Shown here: positions 37,972 to 46,913 of the stretch, in pieces | How the letters are laid out: each line of letters begins with the position of its first letter | How positions within the stretch are numbered: the stretch's first letter is position 1 | Assembly: GCA_036337765.1 (NCBI GenBank) | Contig: JAYZDP010000161.1 | Coordinates: forward strand, 3,021-67,020 | DNA from: Acidobacteriota bacterium | GTDB lineage: Bacteria > Acidobacteriota > Thermoanaerobaculia > Multivoradales > Multivoraceae | Direction of reading: 5' to 3' | Length of the DNA stretch: 64,000 bases | Position numbers and translations under genes: made by a program | The notes under the pieces: generated by a model | What the model was told of the DNA's origin: nothing | Databases searched by the model: none | The model's input: only the letters and a program-made list of their open reading frames with translations

Positions 37972-38847
37972 CTAGCCGGTTCCACAGGTGACCGCTTGAG
38001 CCGGGGCGTAGCCCTTGCCGAGGAGGATGCACTGCCCGGCGTCGGACAGCACCCAGTTTAGGTACTCAGCGACCGCGCCTTCTGGCGCCGTACGGGTGTA
38101 CATCAAGAGCGGCCGGGCGATCGGATAACTGCCATCGACAGCGGAAGCGATCGACGGCGCGACGCAGCCTTCGTCCCCGTTTATGCACGGCATCTTGACC
38201 TCAGGAGTCGCGTATGCGAGTCCGCTGTAACCGATCGCGCAGGGCGTGTTGGCCACCAGATCGACAACGTCCTTGGAGCCGTGCATGTCGCGGGAGCCGA
38301 GCTTGAAGTCGCGCCTCATGCCGAGCACTGCCTCCCGGAAGTAGACGTAGGTACCGGAGTTGTTCTGGCGGCTGATGCGAACGATCTCGTCGCTCGAGCA
38401 GCCCGGAACCTCGATTCCGAGGTCCGACCAGCTTGCGCTCGATCCGTCTTCGCCGTAGATCTCCGCGAGCTGGGCGGGGGAGATTTCGCCCAGTGGATTG
38501 TCGGTGTGGACGTACACCGCCAACGCGTCGTAGCCGACGACCAGCTCTTTCGGGTCCGCTCCGTTGGTGCGCGCCGACGCCAGTTCTTCGTCCTTGATCT
38601 TGCGGCTCGAGTTGGCGACGTCGACGGTGCCGTTGATGAGCGCAGCGATGCCCGTTCCGGAGCCGCCGCCGGTGACCGCGATGGCCACGTTGGGGTTGAC
38701 GTTCTTGTACTGCTCAGCCCACGCCTGGGCCACGTTGACCAGCGTGTCCGAGCCCTTGTTCTGCAGGACCACCCGCTGCGGGCCGTCCGGCCCCCCACCG
38801 CAGGCAGACGCGAGGGCGACGGCTAGAAGTAGGCACTCTCGTTTCAT
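37972..38847 (-). CDS. pstS: Phosphate-binding lipoprotein PstS
   Basis: Start MKRECLLLAVALASACGG (lipobox) with AGGAG upstream. ...NKGSDTLVN...GGGSGTGIAAL... PBP-like_2 motifs. Confidence 0.85.
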   Translation of the reverse strand: MKRECLLLAVALASACGGGPDGPQRVVLQNKGSDTLVNVAQAWAEQYKNVNPNVAIAVTGGGSGTGIAALINGTVDVANSSRKIKDEELASARTNGADPKELVVGYDALAVYVHTDNPLGEISPAQLAEIYGEDGSSASWSDLGIEVPGCSSDEIVRISRQNNSGTYVYFREAVLGMRRDFKLGSRDMHGSKDVVDLVANTPCAIGYSGLAYATPEVKMPCINGDEGCVAPSIASAVDGSYPIARPLLMYTRTAPEGAVAEYLNWVLSDAGQCILLGKGYAPAQAVTCGTG

Positions 38848-38964
38848 TTCACGGACTCCTTCTCGCCGAGAGAAGAGGCGAAGGTGGACCTGTGGCCGAT
38901 CTCGGTGTGGTGATACGTTCGCCTCCATCAAGCCGAATGCTGCCACGAAACGGCTCCGGCCAGA

Positions 38965-40848
38965 GTGACAGATCTGCAACACTTGCTGGCCCACTTTTCC
39001 TTCTCGGATCCGGCTCTCACGGTCGCGTTGGCCCTCGCCGTCGGCACCCTCGTGCAGGGGATCGCGCACCATCTGCGGGTGCCGGGGATTGTTTTTCTTC
39101 TGGCCGCGGGCGTGGTCCTGGGTCCCGAGGGCGCTGGCGTAGTCCTACCTGCTTCGCTCGGAACAGGTCTCGACATGTTGGTGGGATTCGCCGTCGCCGT
39201 CATCCTTTTCGAGGGGGCGCTGCATCTCGATTTACGACGCTTGCGCCGCGAGGCGCATAGCATTCGCGGACTTGTGACGAGCGGGGCTCTCGTGACTGCG
39301 GTCGGCGGTACCCTCGCCCCTAGACTGCTGCTCGACTGGTCTTGGCGTACGTCCTTGGTCTTCGGCACTCTGGTGATCGTGACCGGGCCGACGGTCGTCA
39401 CGCCGCTCCTGCGCCGTATCCGCGTGCGGCGCAACATCGCTACGGTGCTCGAGGCCGAGGGTGTGCTGGGTGATGCCGTTGGGGCGGTTGCCGCGGCGGT
39501 CGCTTTCGAGATCGCCATCGACTCGGGAGCCGGAGGGTTCGGTGTCGACGCATTCGTCGTGCGGCTAGCGGTCGGTGCGCTGGTCGGCGGCGCGGTCGGT
39601 GGGGTGGCCAGTGGCCTGCTCAAGCTGCGCGGCTGGGTCCCCGAGGGCCTGCGCAACATCTTCACTCTGACCCTGGCGCTGGCCTGCTTTCAGATCTCCA
39701 ACTCGCTGGTACACGAGTCGGGAATCGTGGCGGTGGTGGTCGCGGGCCTGGTGCTCGGTAACCTGCGTGTGCACGACGTCGATGAACTGCGCGAGTTCAA
39801 GGAGCAGCTGACGACCATGTTCATCGGCATGCTGTTCGTGCTGCTGGCGGCCGACGTCGGGCTCGCGGATGTGCGCGGTCTGGGATGGCCTGGCGTCGCG
39901 GTGGTAGGGGTCCTGATGTTCGTCGTGCGGCCGCTCGACGTAGTGGTCGCTACCCGCCGATCCAGCCTCGAGCTGAAGGAGAAGGCGTTTCTCGCCTGGC
40001 TGGCGCCTCGTGGAATCGTCGCGGCGGCGGTCTCGACGCTCTTCGCCGAGAGCCTCGAGAGCGAGGGTCTCGAGGGTGGGGGCGAGTTGCAGGCGCTCGT
40101 CTTTCTCGTCATCGCGGTGACGGTCGTGGTCCAGGGGCTCAGTGGAGGAGTCGTGGCTTCGGCTCTCGGTGTGCGAGAGGCGCCGCGGGGAGGCTACGCC
40201 GTGCTCGGCGCCAACGCGGTCGGGCGCGCCCTGGCGCGTGAGCTCTCGGTGGACACCGCCGGCTCGATACTCATTGACTCCAACGCGACCGAGTGCGGCC
40301 GCGCGGAGGAGGAGGGGCTCTCGGTCGTATATGGCAGCGCTCTGCAGGAAAGTGTGCTCGTGCGCGCGGGGCTCGACCACCGAGCCGGCTGTGTCGGGTT
40401 TACGACGAACGTGGGCATAAACTTCACGTTCGCGCGGCGCGCGGCGCGCGAGTTTCGCTCCTCGGCGGTGTGGGTAGCGTTAGAGCGCAACGAGGTTGCG
40501 GTGGGAGCGGGCATGGTCGAACGGATCGGAGGTCGGGTGCTGTTCGGCGGACCGGTTCGACTCGTCAGCTGGATCCGCGCCCTCGAGCGAGGGACGGCGG
40601 TGCGCTGCGTGCTACTGCCGCCGCCGGAGTCAAAGTCAACACGCCTCGACGCAGTCCTACCCCCGACCGACGAGGTACTTCCTCTGGCCCGCCTGCGGAG
40701 TGGCGCGGCGACCCCCGTCGACGGCGCGACGCGGCTCGGCCCGGAGGACCGGCTGGCTTGTAGCGTTCGCCGCGAGGCGCTCGCAGCGGTCGCAGCGGCG
40801 GTCGCCGAGCGAGGTTGGAGGCTCGAGCAAGCCGGAGAACCATCATGA
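38965..40848 (+). CDS. CPA1-family Na+(K+)/H+ antiporter with a C-terminal RCK/TrkA-like domain
   Basis: About 400 aa polytopic exchanger domain, then YAVLGANAVGRALAREL... (GxGxxG) and a TrkA-C-like tail. GTG start is uncertain. Confidence 0.75.
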   Translation: MTDLQHLLAHFSFSDPALTVALALAVGTLVQGIAHHLRVPGIVFLLAAGVVLGPEGAGVVLPASLGTGLDMLVGFAVAVILFEGALHLDLRRLRREAHSIRGLVTSGALVTAVGGTLAPRLLLDWSWRTSLVFGTLVIVTGPTVVTPLLRRIRVRRNIATVLEAEGVLGDAVGAVAAAVAFEIAIDSGAGGFGVDAFVVRLAVGALVGGAVGGVASGLLKLRGWVPEGLRNIFTLTLALACFQISNSLVHESGIVAVVVAGLVLGNLRVHDVDELREFKEQLTTMFIGMLFVLLAADVGLADVRGLGWPGVAVVGVLMFVVRPLDVVVATRRSSLELKEKAFLAWLAPRGIVAAAVSTLFAESLESEGLEGGGELQALVFLVIAVTVVVQGLSGGVVASALGVREAPRGGYAVLGANAVGRALARELSVDTAGSILIDSNATECGRAEEEGLSVVYGSALQESVLVRAGLDHRAGCVGFTTNVGINFTFARRAAREFRSSAVWVALERNEVAVGAGMVERIGGRVLFGGPVRLVSWIRALERGTAVRCVLLPPPESKSTRLDAVLPPTDEVLPLARLRSGAATPVDGATRLGPEDRLACSVRREALAAVAAAVAERGWRLEQAGEPS

Positions 40849-41963
40849 GCACGAGAGAGGCGGGATGGTTTCACCGCGTCCTGCTGCCGCCGATCATCCT
40901 GCAGTCGATGATCATCGGCGGCGGCTATTCGACCGGCCGGGAGGTGGTCGAGTATGCGGCGAAGCACGGTGCGGCCGGCTGGATGTCGGTGCTGGTTATC
41001 TTTGTCGGCTTCAGCCTGTTTTCGTTCCTGGTCTTCGAGCTCGCTCGGGTGTCCCGCTCGTACGACTACAAGTCGTTCATTCGTCAGCTCATCGGTCCGC
41101 TGTGGCCGCTCTTCGACTTGGTTCTGGTGGTGATGTTTCTGTTCGTCATCGCGGTCATGCTCGCGGCCGTCGGCAGCATCCTCGAGCGCACCCTGGGCCT
41201 GCCCCGTACTCTCGGCGTGCTCTTCACCTTCGTCGTGGTCGCCGTCCTCGCGTACATGGGGCAGCAGACGATCGAGCGCTTCAAGACTGTGGGAACCGTG
41301 CTGCTCTACGTCGGCTACGCGATCTTCAGCGGCATCGTTCTGACGTCGAGCTGGGACGGAGTGGTGGCCGGGCTGCGGGCTTCGGAAGGTGCCGACGTAG
41401 GCGCGGCTGCGGTCTCGGGAGTGCTCTACGTCGGTTATAACCTCTCGGTATACCCGATGGTGCTCTTCTGCCTCTACCGCCAACAGGGGCGCGTCGATGC
41501 CGCCGTCTCGGGGGTGGTGGCGGGAGTGATGATGACCCTGCCGTTCTTGCTGACCTGGCTGTGCCTCATGGCCTTCCCGACTCCCGACGTGATGGCGGCC
41601 GACGTTCCTTGGCTCGAGATGCTGGCCGATGCGGCGCCCGCCTGGGTGATGCTGCTCTACGGAGTAGTCGTCGGATGGACCCTGGTCGAGACCTCGATTG
41701 GCGGCGTGCACGGCATGGAAGACAGGATCGACAAGAACATCGACGACCTGCCGCGAGCGATTGCCACCCGGATCGATCGTTTGTCGAGCACGCAGCGCAG
41801 CGTCGGCGCCGCGTTGATGCTGCTCACGGCGCTCGGGATGTCGCGCTTCGGCATCGTCGCCCTGGTCGCCAGCGGCTACGGTGCCATGGCCTACGTCTTT
41901 CTTGCGCTCCTCGCTGTGCCTCTCTTGACCGTCGGCGTGGTGAAGATCGCGCGTGCCACATGA
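40845..41963 (+). CDS. Polytopic membrane protein (YkvI-like putative transporter)
   Basis: About 11 TM. N-terminal IIGGGYSTGREVVEYAAKHG resembles the YkvI family. ATGA overlaps on both sides. Confidence 0.45.
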   Translation: MSTREAGWFHRVLLPPIILQSMIIGGGYSTGREVVEYAAKHGAAGWMSVLVIFVGFSLFSFLVFELARVSRSYDYKSFIRQLIGPLWPLFDLVLVVMFLFVIAVMLAAVGSILERTLGLPRTLGVLFTFVVVAVLAYMGQQTIERFKTVGTVLLYVGYAIFSGIVLTSSWDGVVAGLRASEGADVGAAAVSGVLYVGYNLSVYPMVLFCLYRQQGRVDAAVSGVVAGVMMTLPFLLTWLCLMAFPTPDVMAADVPWLEMLADAAPAWVMLLYGVVVGWTLVETSIGGVHGMEDRIDKNIDDLPRAIATRIDRLSSTQRSVGAALMLLTALGMSRFGIVALVASGYGAMAYVFLALLAVPLLTVGVVKIARAT

Positions 41964-42802
41964 CCACTCCGACAGAGGCGCTACGCAAGCGACTGGCCGC
42001 ACCGGAGATCCTCATTGTGCCCGGCTGCTTCGACGCGCTGTCGGCGCGGATCGTCGAGCAGGCGGGTGCTGAGGCGGCCTTCATGAGCGGCTTCGCCGTC
42101 TCCGCATCCCGGGCCGCCCTACCCGACGTTGGGCTCCTCTCCTACGGAGAGGTGGTCGATCAGGGCCGCAGCATCTGTTCTGCGGTCTCCATTCCGGTCT
42201 TTGGGGACGCCGATACCGGCTACGGCGACGAGCGCAACGTCCGCCGGACGGTCGAGGGCTTCGCGGCGGCAGGCTTCGCAGCGGTCATGATCGAGGACCA
42301 GACCTGGCCGAAGCAGTGCGGCCACACGCCGGGCAAGACCGTGGTGCCGCGAGCCGAAGCGGTGGCACGGGTCGAGGCCGCTGTCGCCGCGCGCGACGCC
42401 GGCGCCGACGTTCTGATTCTGGCGCGTACGGACGCACTGGCGACCGACGGCCTCGAAGAGGTCGTCGACCGGGCGAAGGCCTTCGCCGATGCCGGCGCCG
42501 ACATCCTCTTCCCCGAGGCGCCGACGCACGAGCAGGAGATGGCGAGCTTGTGCGAGACGCTTCCGCTACCGGTGATGGCGAACATGGTCGAGGGCGGCCT
42601 GAGCCCGTTGCTCGAGCCCCGTCGCCTCGAGGAGCTCGGGTACTGCATGGTCGCCTACCCGCTCACCGGGCTGTCTGCCGCCGCCTGCGCCATGCGCCAG
42701 GCCGCGGAAGGCCTTGTCGGCGGCCGGTCGGCAGCAGAGCTGCTCTCGTTCGCCGAGCTCAAGGCGCTCGTCGGCTTTCCGGAGGGCCGCGCGCACGGTT
42801 GA
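41960..42802 (+). CDS. Isocitrate lyase / PEP mutase superfamily enzyme (methylisocitrate lyase / carboxy-PEP mutase / oxaloacetate decarboxylase-like)
   Basis: VPGCFDALSARIVEQAGAEAAFMSG...GDADTGYG...MIEDQTWPKQCGH. Confidence 0.8.
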   Translation: MTTPTEALRKRLAAPEILIVPGCFDALSARIVEQAGAEAAFMSGFAVSASRAALPDVGLLSYGEVVDQGRSICSAVSIPVFGDADTGYGDERNVRRTVEGFAAAGFAAVMIEDQTWPKQCGHTPGKTVVPRAEAVARVEAAVAARDAGADVLILARTDALATDGLEEVVDRAKAFADAGADILFPEAPTHEQEMASLCETLPLPVMANMVEGGLSPLLEPRRLEELGYCMVAYPLTGLSAAACAMRQAAEGLVGGRSAAELLSFAELKALVGFPEGRAHG

Positions 42803-42998
42803 CGGCGCTCGTCGCAACGCGAACGAGGTAGGGTAGGGGGGTCCGAACGCCCCGATCATTACCAGCTGGCTCTTCGTCGCCGTCGTCGCCGTCGCCTTCA
42901 GTGTCTTCGCGATCGGGCTTGCGGTCGGCCGGCGCCGTCCGCGCGTAGGCCACGAGCTGCCCGGGCTCGGAGACGGCCAGTCGACGATCCGCTCCTAC

Positions 42999-43376
42999 GT
43001 GATCCCCAAGCGCTGGGGGGCTCAGGCGGCAGCGCGTGAGATGCCTCTGGCCGAGGGTGCGGTCGTTACCCGCTACGACGACGCCGCGGTCGAGTTGATC
43101 GACACGGTTACCGATCAGTCAAAGTCGTGGCCGCTGTTGAAGGGACGCTCACTGATCGGACGGGGGTCCGACAACCACATCGTGCTCGACGATGAGCGGG
43201 TCTCGGCACACCACGCCCTCATTGCAGTTCGCGACGGCGTGTACTTCCTCGAGGATCTCGGCTCTACGAACGGTACTTTCACCGAGGACAACGAGCGCGT
43301 AATGGAGCCGCTCGCGCTCGGCGACGGCGACCCGTTCCGCATCGGCGGCGTGACGCGGGTCTTTCGCGGCGAATGA
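42999..43376 (+). CDS. FHA-domain protein (true start probably upstream; see findings)
   Basis: GRSLIGRGSDNHIVLDDERVSAHHALI....YFLEDLGSTNGTF FHA core. The ORF track starts it at GTG 42999. Confidence 0.7.
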   Translation: MIPKRWGAQAAAREMPLAEGAVVTRYDDAAVELIDTVTDQSKSWPLLKGRSLIGRGSDNHIVLDDERVSAHHALIAVRDGVYFLEDLGSTNGTFTEDNERVMEPLALGDGDPFRIGGVTRVFRGE

Positions 43377-43392
43377 CCCGCGGGGTTGCGAG

Positions 43393-44499
43393 CTAGGGGC
43401 GACCGATGCGTACCGGCTGACGGCGCGCACCCCAGTCTCCCGGCGGCCCGTCGAAGACGCCCGAACAGGCCGTGCCGCAGGCGAGGCAGCTGCCTTCGTC
43501 GTCCAGTTCCCAGCCTTCGATCTCGTACCAATCGCGACGAACCACGGCGGCGCCGCAGCCGTGACACGGCGTCGAGTCGCCTTCGGAATCGTGCACGTTG
43601 CCGGTGTAGACGTAGCGCAGGCCGTTGGATCGGGCACGGGCGCGCGCGCGGGTGAGGGTGGCGGGAGGCGTCGACGGACGGTCGAGCATCTTCCAGTCTG
43701 GATGAAAGGCGGTGAAGTGCAGCGGCACGTCGACGCCAAGCTCCGCCGCGATCCAGCCGCTCAGGGCGTCGATCTCGCGCTCCGAGTCGTTGAGCCCGGG
43801 GATCAGCAGGGTGGTGATCTCGAGCCAGACGTCGGTGTCGTGTTGGAGGTGGTGGAGGGTGTCAAGAACAGCCTCGAGCCGGCCACCGCACACCTGGCGG
43901 TAGAACCCGTCGGTGAAGGCTTTGAGATCGACGTTGGCGGCGTCGACGTCGCGAAAGAGCTCGTTGCGCGGCTCGTCGCAGACGTATCCCGCGGTCACCG
44001 CGACAGTCTTCAGGCCCGCGCTCTGACAGGCGGCGGCGGTGTCGGCCGCGTACTCCAGAAACACCACGGGATCGTTGTAGGTGAAGGCGACGCTTCGACA
44101 GCCGAGCTCTGCCGCTACCGAGGCCAGCCGTTGCGGCGACGCCTCGTCCATCAGAGTGTCCATCTCCCGCGATTTCGACATGTCCCAGTTCTGGCAGAAG
44201 CGGCAGGCGAGGTTGCAGCCGGCGGTGCCGAACGACAGAACCGGGGTGCCCGGCAGGAAGTGGTTCAGCGGCTTCTTTTCGATCGGATCCACGCAGAACC
44301 CGCTCGAGCGGCCGTAGGAGCTCAGAACGACCTGATCATCGACTCTGGCTCGTACGAAGCACATGCCGCGCTGTCCTTCTCGCAGTCGGCAGAAGCGGGG
44401 ACACACGTCGCATTGGACGCGCCCGTCGTCGAGCACATGCCAGTGGCGCGTTGGCACCACGCAGGGGTCGGCGAGGGAAAGGGAGTCGATGGGCGGCAT
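43393..44499 (-). CDS. amrS: AmmeMemoRadiSam system radical SAM enzyme
   Basis: Auxiliary N-terminal Cys cluster CDVCPRFCRLREGQRGMC, radical SAM CNLACRFCQNW, and a C-terminal Cys-rich tail. Start taken at MPPIDS. Confidence 0.85.
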   Translation of the reverse strand: MPPIDSLSLADPCVVPTRHWHVLDDGRVQCDVCPRFCRLREGQRGMCFVRARVDDQVVLSSYGRSSGFCVDPIEKKPLNHFLPGTPVLSFGTAGCNLACRFCQNWDMSKSREMDTLMDEASPQRLASVAAELGCRSVAFTYNDPVVFLEYAADTAAACQSAGLKTVAVTAGYVCDEPRNELFRDVDAANVDLKAFTDGFYRQVCGGRLEAVLDTLHHLQHDTDVWLEITTLLIPGLNDSEREIDALSGWIAAELGVDVPLHFTAFHPDWKMLDRPSTPPATLTRARARARSNGLRYVYTGNVHDSEGDSTPCHGCGAAVVRRDWYEIEGWELDDEGSCLACGTACSGVFDGPPGDWGARRQPVRIGRP

Positions 44500-44532
44500 G
44501 TAGCGTGGATCCCAGGAGTATCCTAGTCGCCC

Positions 44533-45330
44533 GTGCGCTCTGACATCCGAGAGCCTGCAGTAGCCGGAAGCTACTACGAACACGACGCGAGCAGGCTGAG
44601 GTCCTCGGTGGCGGCGTTGCTCGACGCCGCGCTACCGGCTCCCGATACGGCGACCGCGTTGATCGCGCCTCACGCCGGCTACGCCTATTCGGGCCCGATC
44701 GCGGCGTCGGCCTTTCGTGGACTCGAGGCGCGTCAGTTCGAACGGGTGATCGTGATTGGTCCGAGTCACTTCGTAGCCTTTCGTGGAATTGCCGCGAGTG
44801 GTGCCCGAGGGTTTTCGACGCCCCTGGGTACCGTTGCGCTCGACACCGAGGCGGAGGCTGCGCTGGAGCGTGCTGGCTCGGTGAGCGTTGCGCCCCACGT
44901 CCATGCTCCCGAGCATTGCATCGAAGTCGAGTTGCCGTTTCTGCAAGTGGCGCTACGCCAGCCGTTTCGCCTTGTCGCCTTGGTCGTGGGTGAGGCCTTG
45001 CCTCAGGAGGTGGCAACGGTTCTCGACGCGCTGTGGGCCGAAGCCACGTTGCTAGTGGTGAGCTCGGATCTGACCCACTTTCTCGACTACGACACCGCGA
45101 AGGCAGCGGACCACGCCACCGCCGAGGCGATCTCGACCCTGGCACGCGACGACTTCACTGCCGAGGAGGCCTGCGGTGCCACGGCCATCAACGGACTCGT
45201 GTCGCTCGCCCGACGTCGCGGCCTCGTGGGTAGGACTCTGGATCTACGGAGCTCCGGCGATGTTTGTGGCGGGCGAGACAGCGTCGTGGGCTACGGAGCG
45301 TGGGCTTTTCGACCGCTGGACAGCTGCTAG
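44533..45330 (+). CDS. amrB: AmmeMemoRadiSam system protein B (MEMO1 family)
   Basis: IREPAVAGSYY......LIAPHAGYAYSG...IGPSH...EHCIEVELPFLQ...SSDLTHF. Confidence 0.85.
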   Translation: MRSDIREPAVAGSYYEHDASRLRSSVAALLDAALPAPDTATALIAPHAGYAYSGPIAASAFRGLEARQFERVIVIGPSHFVAFRGIAASGARGFSTPLGTVALDTEAEAALERAGSVSVAPHVHAPEHCIEVELPFLQVALRQPFRLVALVVGEALPQEVATVLDALWAEATLLVVSSDLTHFLDYDTAKAADHATAEAISTLARDDFTAEEACGATAINGLVSLARRRGLVGRTLDLRSSGDVCGGRDSVVGYGAWAFRPLDSC

Positions 45331-45342
45331 GCTGACCGAGAC

Positions 45343-45732
45343 ATGAGCCAGAGCTCCAGCAGCCCGGCGCTTCCGATTGTCTGTCTGGCACTGATGTCGA
45401 GCACCGTGGTCTACGCCGTACTCGCCTGGTTGCTGCTGTCCGGACAGATGGGGGAGGGGGAGGCGGCACGTTCGGTTGCCGCCGTACCGTGGCTTCCCGG
45501 CGGGGGCGTGGCGCTTCTGCTACTCGGATCGCTCATCGGCCGTCGCTTCCGTAGGCTTCCGGAGCACAGCGCAGTGCAGGGCACCATCGTGACTTTCGCC
45601 TGCTACGAGGGCGCCGCGATCATCGGTCTGGTGACCGCGATCGCGACCTACCAGGTGTGGTGGGCTTGGGGGCTGTCGTTCGCCGCTCTCGCCGCGATGG
45701 CTCTGGCTTGGCCCTCCAAGCGGGCTACCTGA
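45343..45732 (+). CDS. Small hypothetical membrane protein (4 predicted TM)
   Basis: 129-aa hydrophobic ORF, 12 nt after the amrB stop. No recognisable motif. Confidence 0.4.
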   Translation: MSQSSSSPALPIVCLALMSSTVVYAVLAWLLLSGQMGEGEAARSVAAVPWLPGGGVALLLLGSLIGRRFRRLPEHSAVQGTIVTFACYEGAAIIGLVTAIATYQVWWAWGLSFAALAAMALAWPSKRAT

Positions 45733-46141
45733 AGAGAGCGTCGAAGGCGGCTCGCGGATCGTCGGGTGCACTGCCACCCTTGCCATCCGACTCCATAGTC
45801 ACCTTTTTCGCAAAGTGCGCGCAGTCGTTGGCCTTCGTCTTCGACGCCAATCGCTGAGCGATCGGTTTGCGGCATTCGAAGGTGGCAGCGGTGTCCAAGT
45901 GGGCGCAGTTCACGCAGCTGTGAAGCCCCGCACCGCAGCCGTCACACACCGTGTCGACGGCGACTTCCTCGGACAACGACTGCTCGGCGCCGCAGTCGCG
46001 ACAGCGAAAGACTGGCGTAGTGGGCGCGCCGAGGCCGCGGTTCCGCGGGCCCTCCTTCGGCGGTCGCGGGCCGCCGCCGCTACGCTCGCGCGGGCGCCCG
46101 TCGTCCTGATAGCCGCGCTGGCTGTACTTCCTGTCGCTCAT
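45725..46141 (-). CDS. Hypothetical zinc-ribbon protein
   Basis: Basic/Gly-rich N-terminus followed by CxxC...CxxC...CxxC spacing (CRDCG, CDGCG, CVNC). Confidence 0.45.
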   Translation of the reverse strand: MSDRKYSQRGYQDDGRPRERSGGGPRPPKEGPRNRGLGAPTTPVFRCRDCGAEQSLSEEVAVDTVCDGCGAGLHSCVNCAHLDTAATFECRKPIAQRLASKTKANDCAHFAKKVTMESDGKGGSAPDDPRAAFDALFR

Positions 46142-46162
46142 GCTGGCGGGGCTCTCCGGTGG

Positions 46163-46900
46163 TCATGGCTGTGAGGCTGGATTGTAATGTGTCGCGCTGA
46201 TACCGCGACCGACTCCGAGGCCACGCCATAGACGCCGATCGAGGCGATCAGGGGCCGCGCTACGGTTGGGGCTCACCGGCAGCTCGTCGACGGCTCCCGC
46301 CAGCTCGATCTCGGGTAGTGAACGAAGGTTCTGGACTGCACGCTCGAGGTAGGCGGCTCGCTCACGGGCATCGCTGTATGCGCTGCCACTCAACGTGACC
46401 TGGGCGGTGAGGATGTTGTCGCGGTCGTAGCCGTAGTCGGTGGTGCGCTCCTGCACGAAGCTCTTGACCATGAGCACGGCGCCAATCACCAGAGCTGTCG
46501 ACAGCGCGACCTCGGAGCCGACGAGTAGTGCCCGCAACCGTGCGGATCGCCGGCTGGAGCCGCCACGCGAGCCCGAGCGCAGCGCGTCGAAGAGGCCGAT
46601 ACCGGTGGTGCGGAAAACGACGCCGGAGACCGAGATCGCACCGGCCAGAAAGCTCAGCGCCAGGGTGTATACCAGCGCTCGGTAGTCGTACATAGCAAAC
46701 AGGTACGGCGGATCGACCGGCACCATGCCGATCATGGTCCGCGTGCTCAGCACACCGAGGGGGCCGCCGACCAAGCCGCCGAGCATCGCCATGTTGCCGC
46801 CGATACCGAGAGCGAGCACCAAAACGATGGTGAGACTCCAGACCGGGCTCGCCCGTACGATCCGCAGGGCGAGGCGGAGGTCTTGGATCAGGCTCCCCAT
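46163..46900 (-). pseudogene. Internally deleted and 3'-truncated ADOP-type permease remnant
   Basis: The ADOP N-terminus (IQDLRLALRIVRASPVWSLTIVLVLALGIGGN) is joined directly to the end of an FtsX domain and the start of the second periplasmic domain. The rest is missing. Confidence 0.55.
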
Positions 46901-46913
46901 ATCCTGCCCTTCG

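Noticed and set aside
38950-38985. A possible Pho box upstream of pstS: CTGTCAC on the minus strand at 38970-38964.
   Set aside because: Only one heptamer matches the E. coli CTGTCAT consensus. The partner repeat 11 bp away matches 3 of 7 positions. The PhoB-site consensus for this lineage is unknown to me.
40194-42002. A 602-aa minus-strand ORF.
   Set aside because: It is antisense to the antiporter and the YkvI-like gene. It is rich in Arg, His, Asp and Pro and has no domain logic. It is a shadow ORF. The same reasoning applies to 55009-56475, 20354-21343, 30666-31799 and many other listed ORFs.
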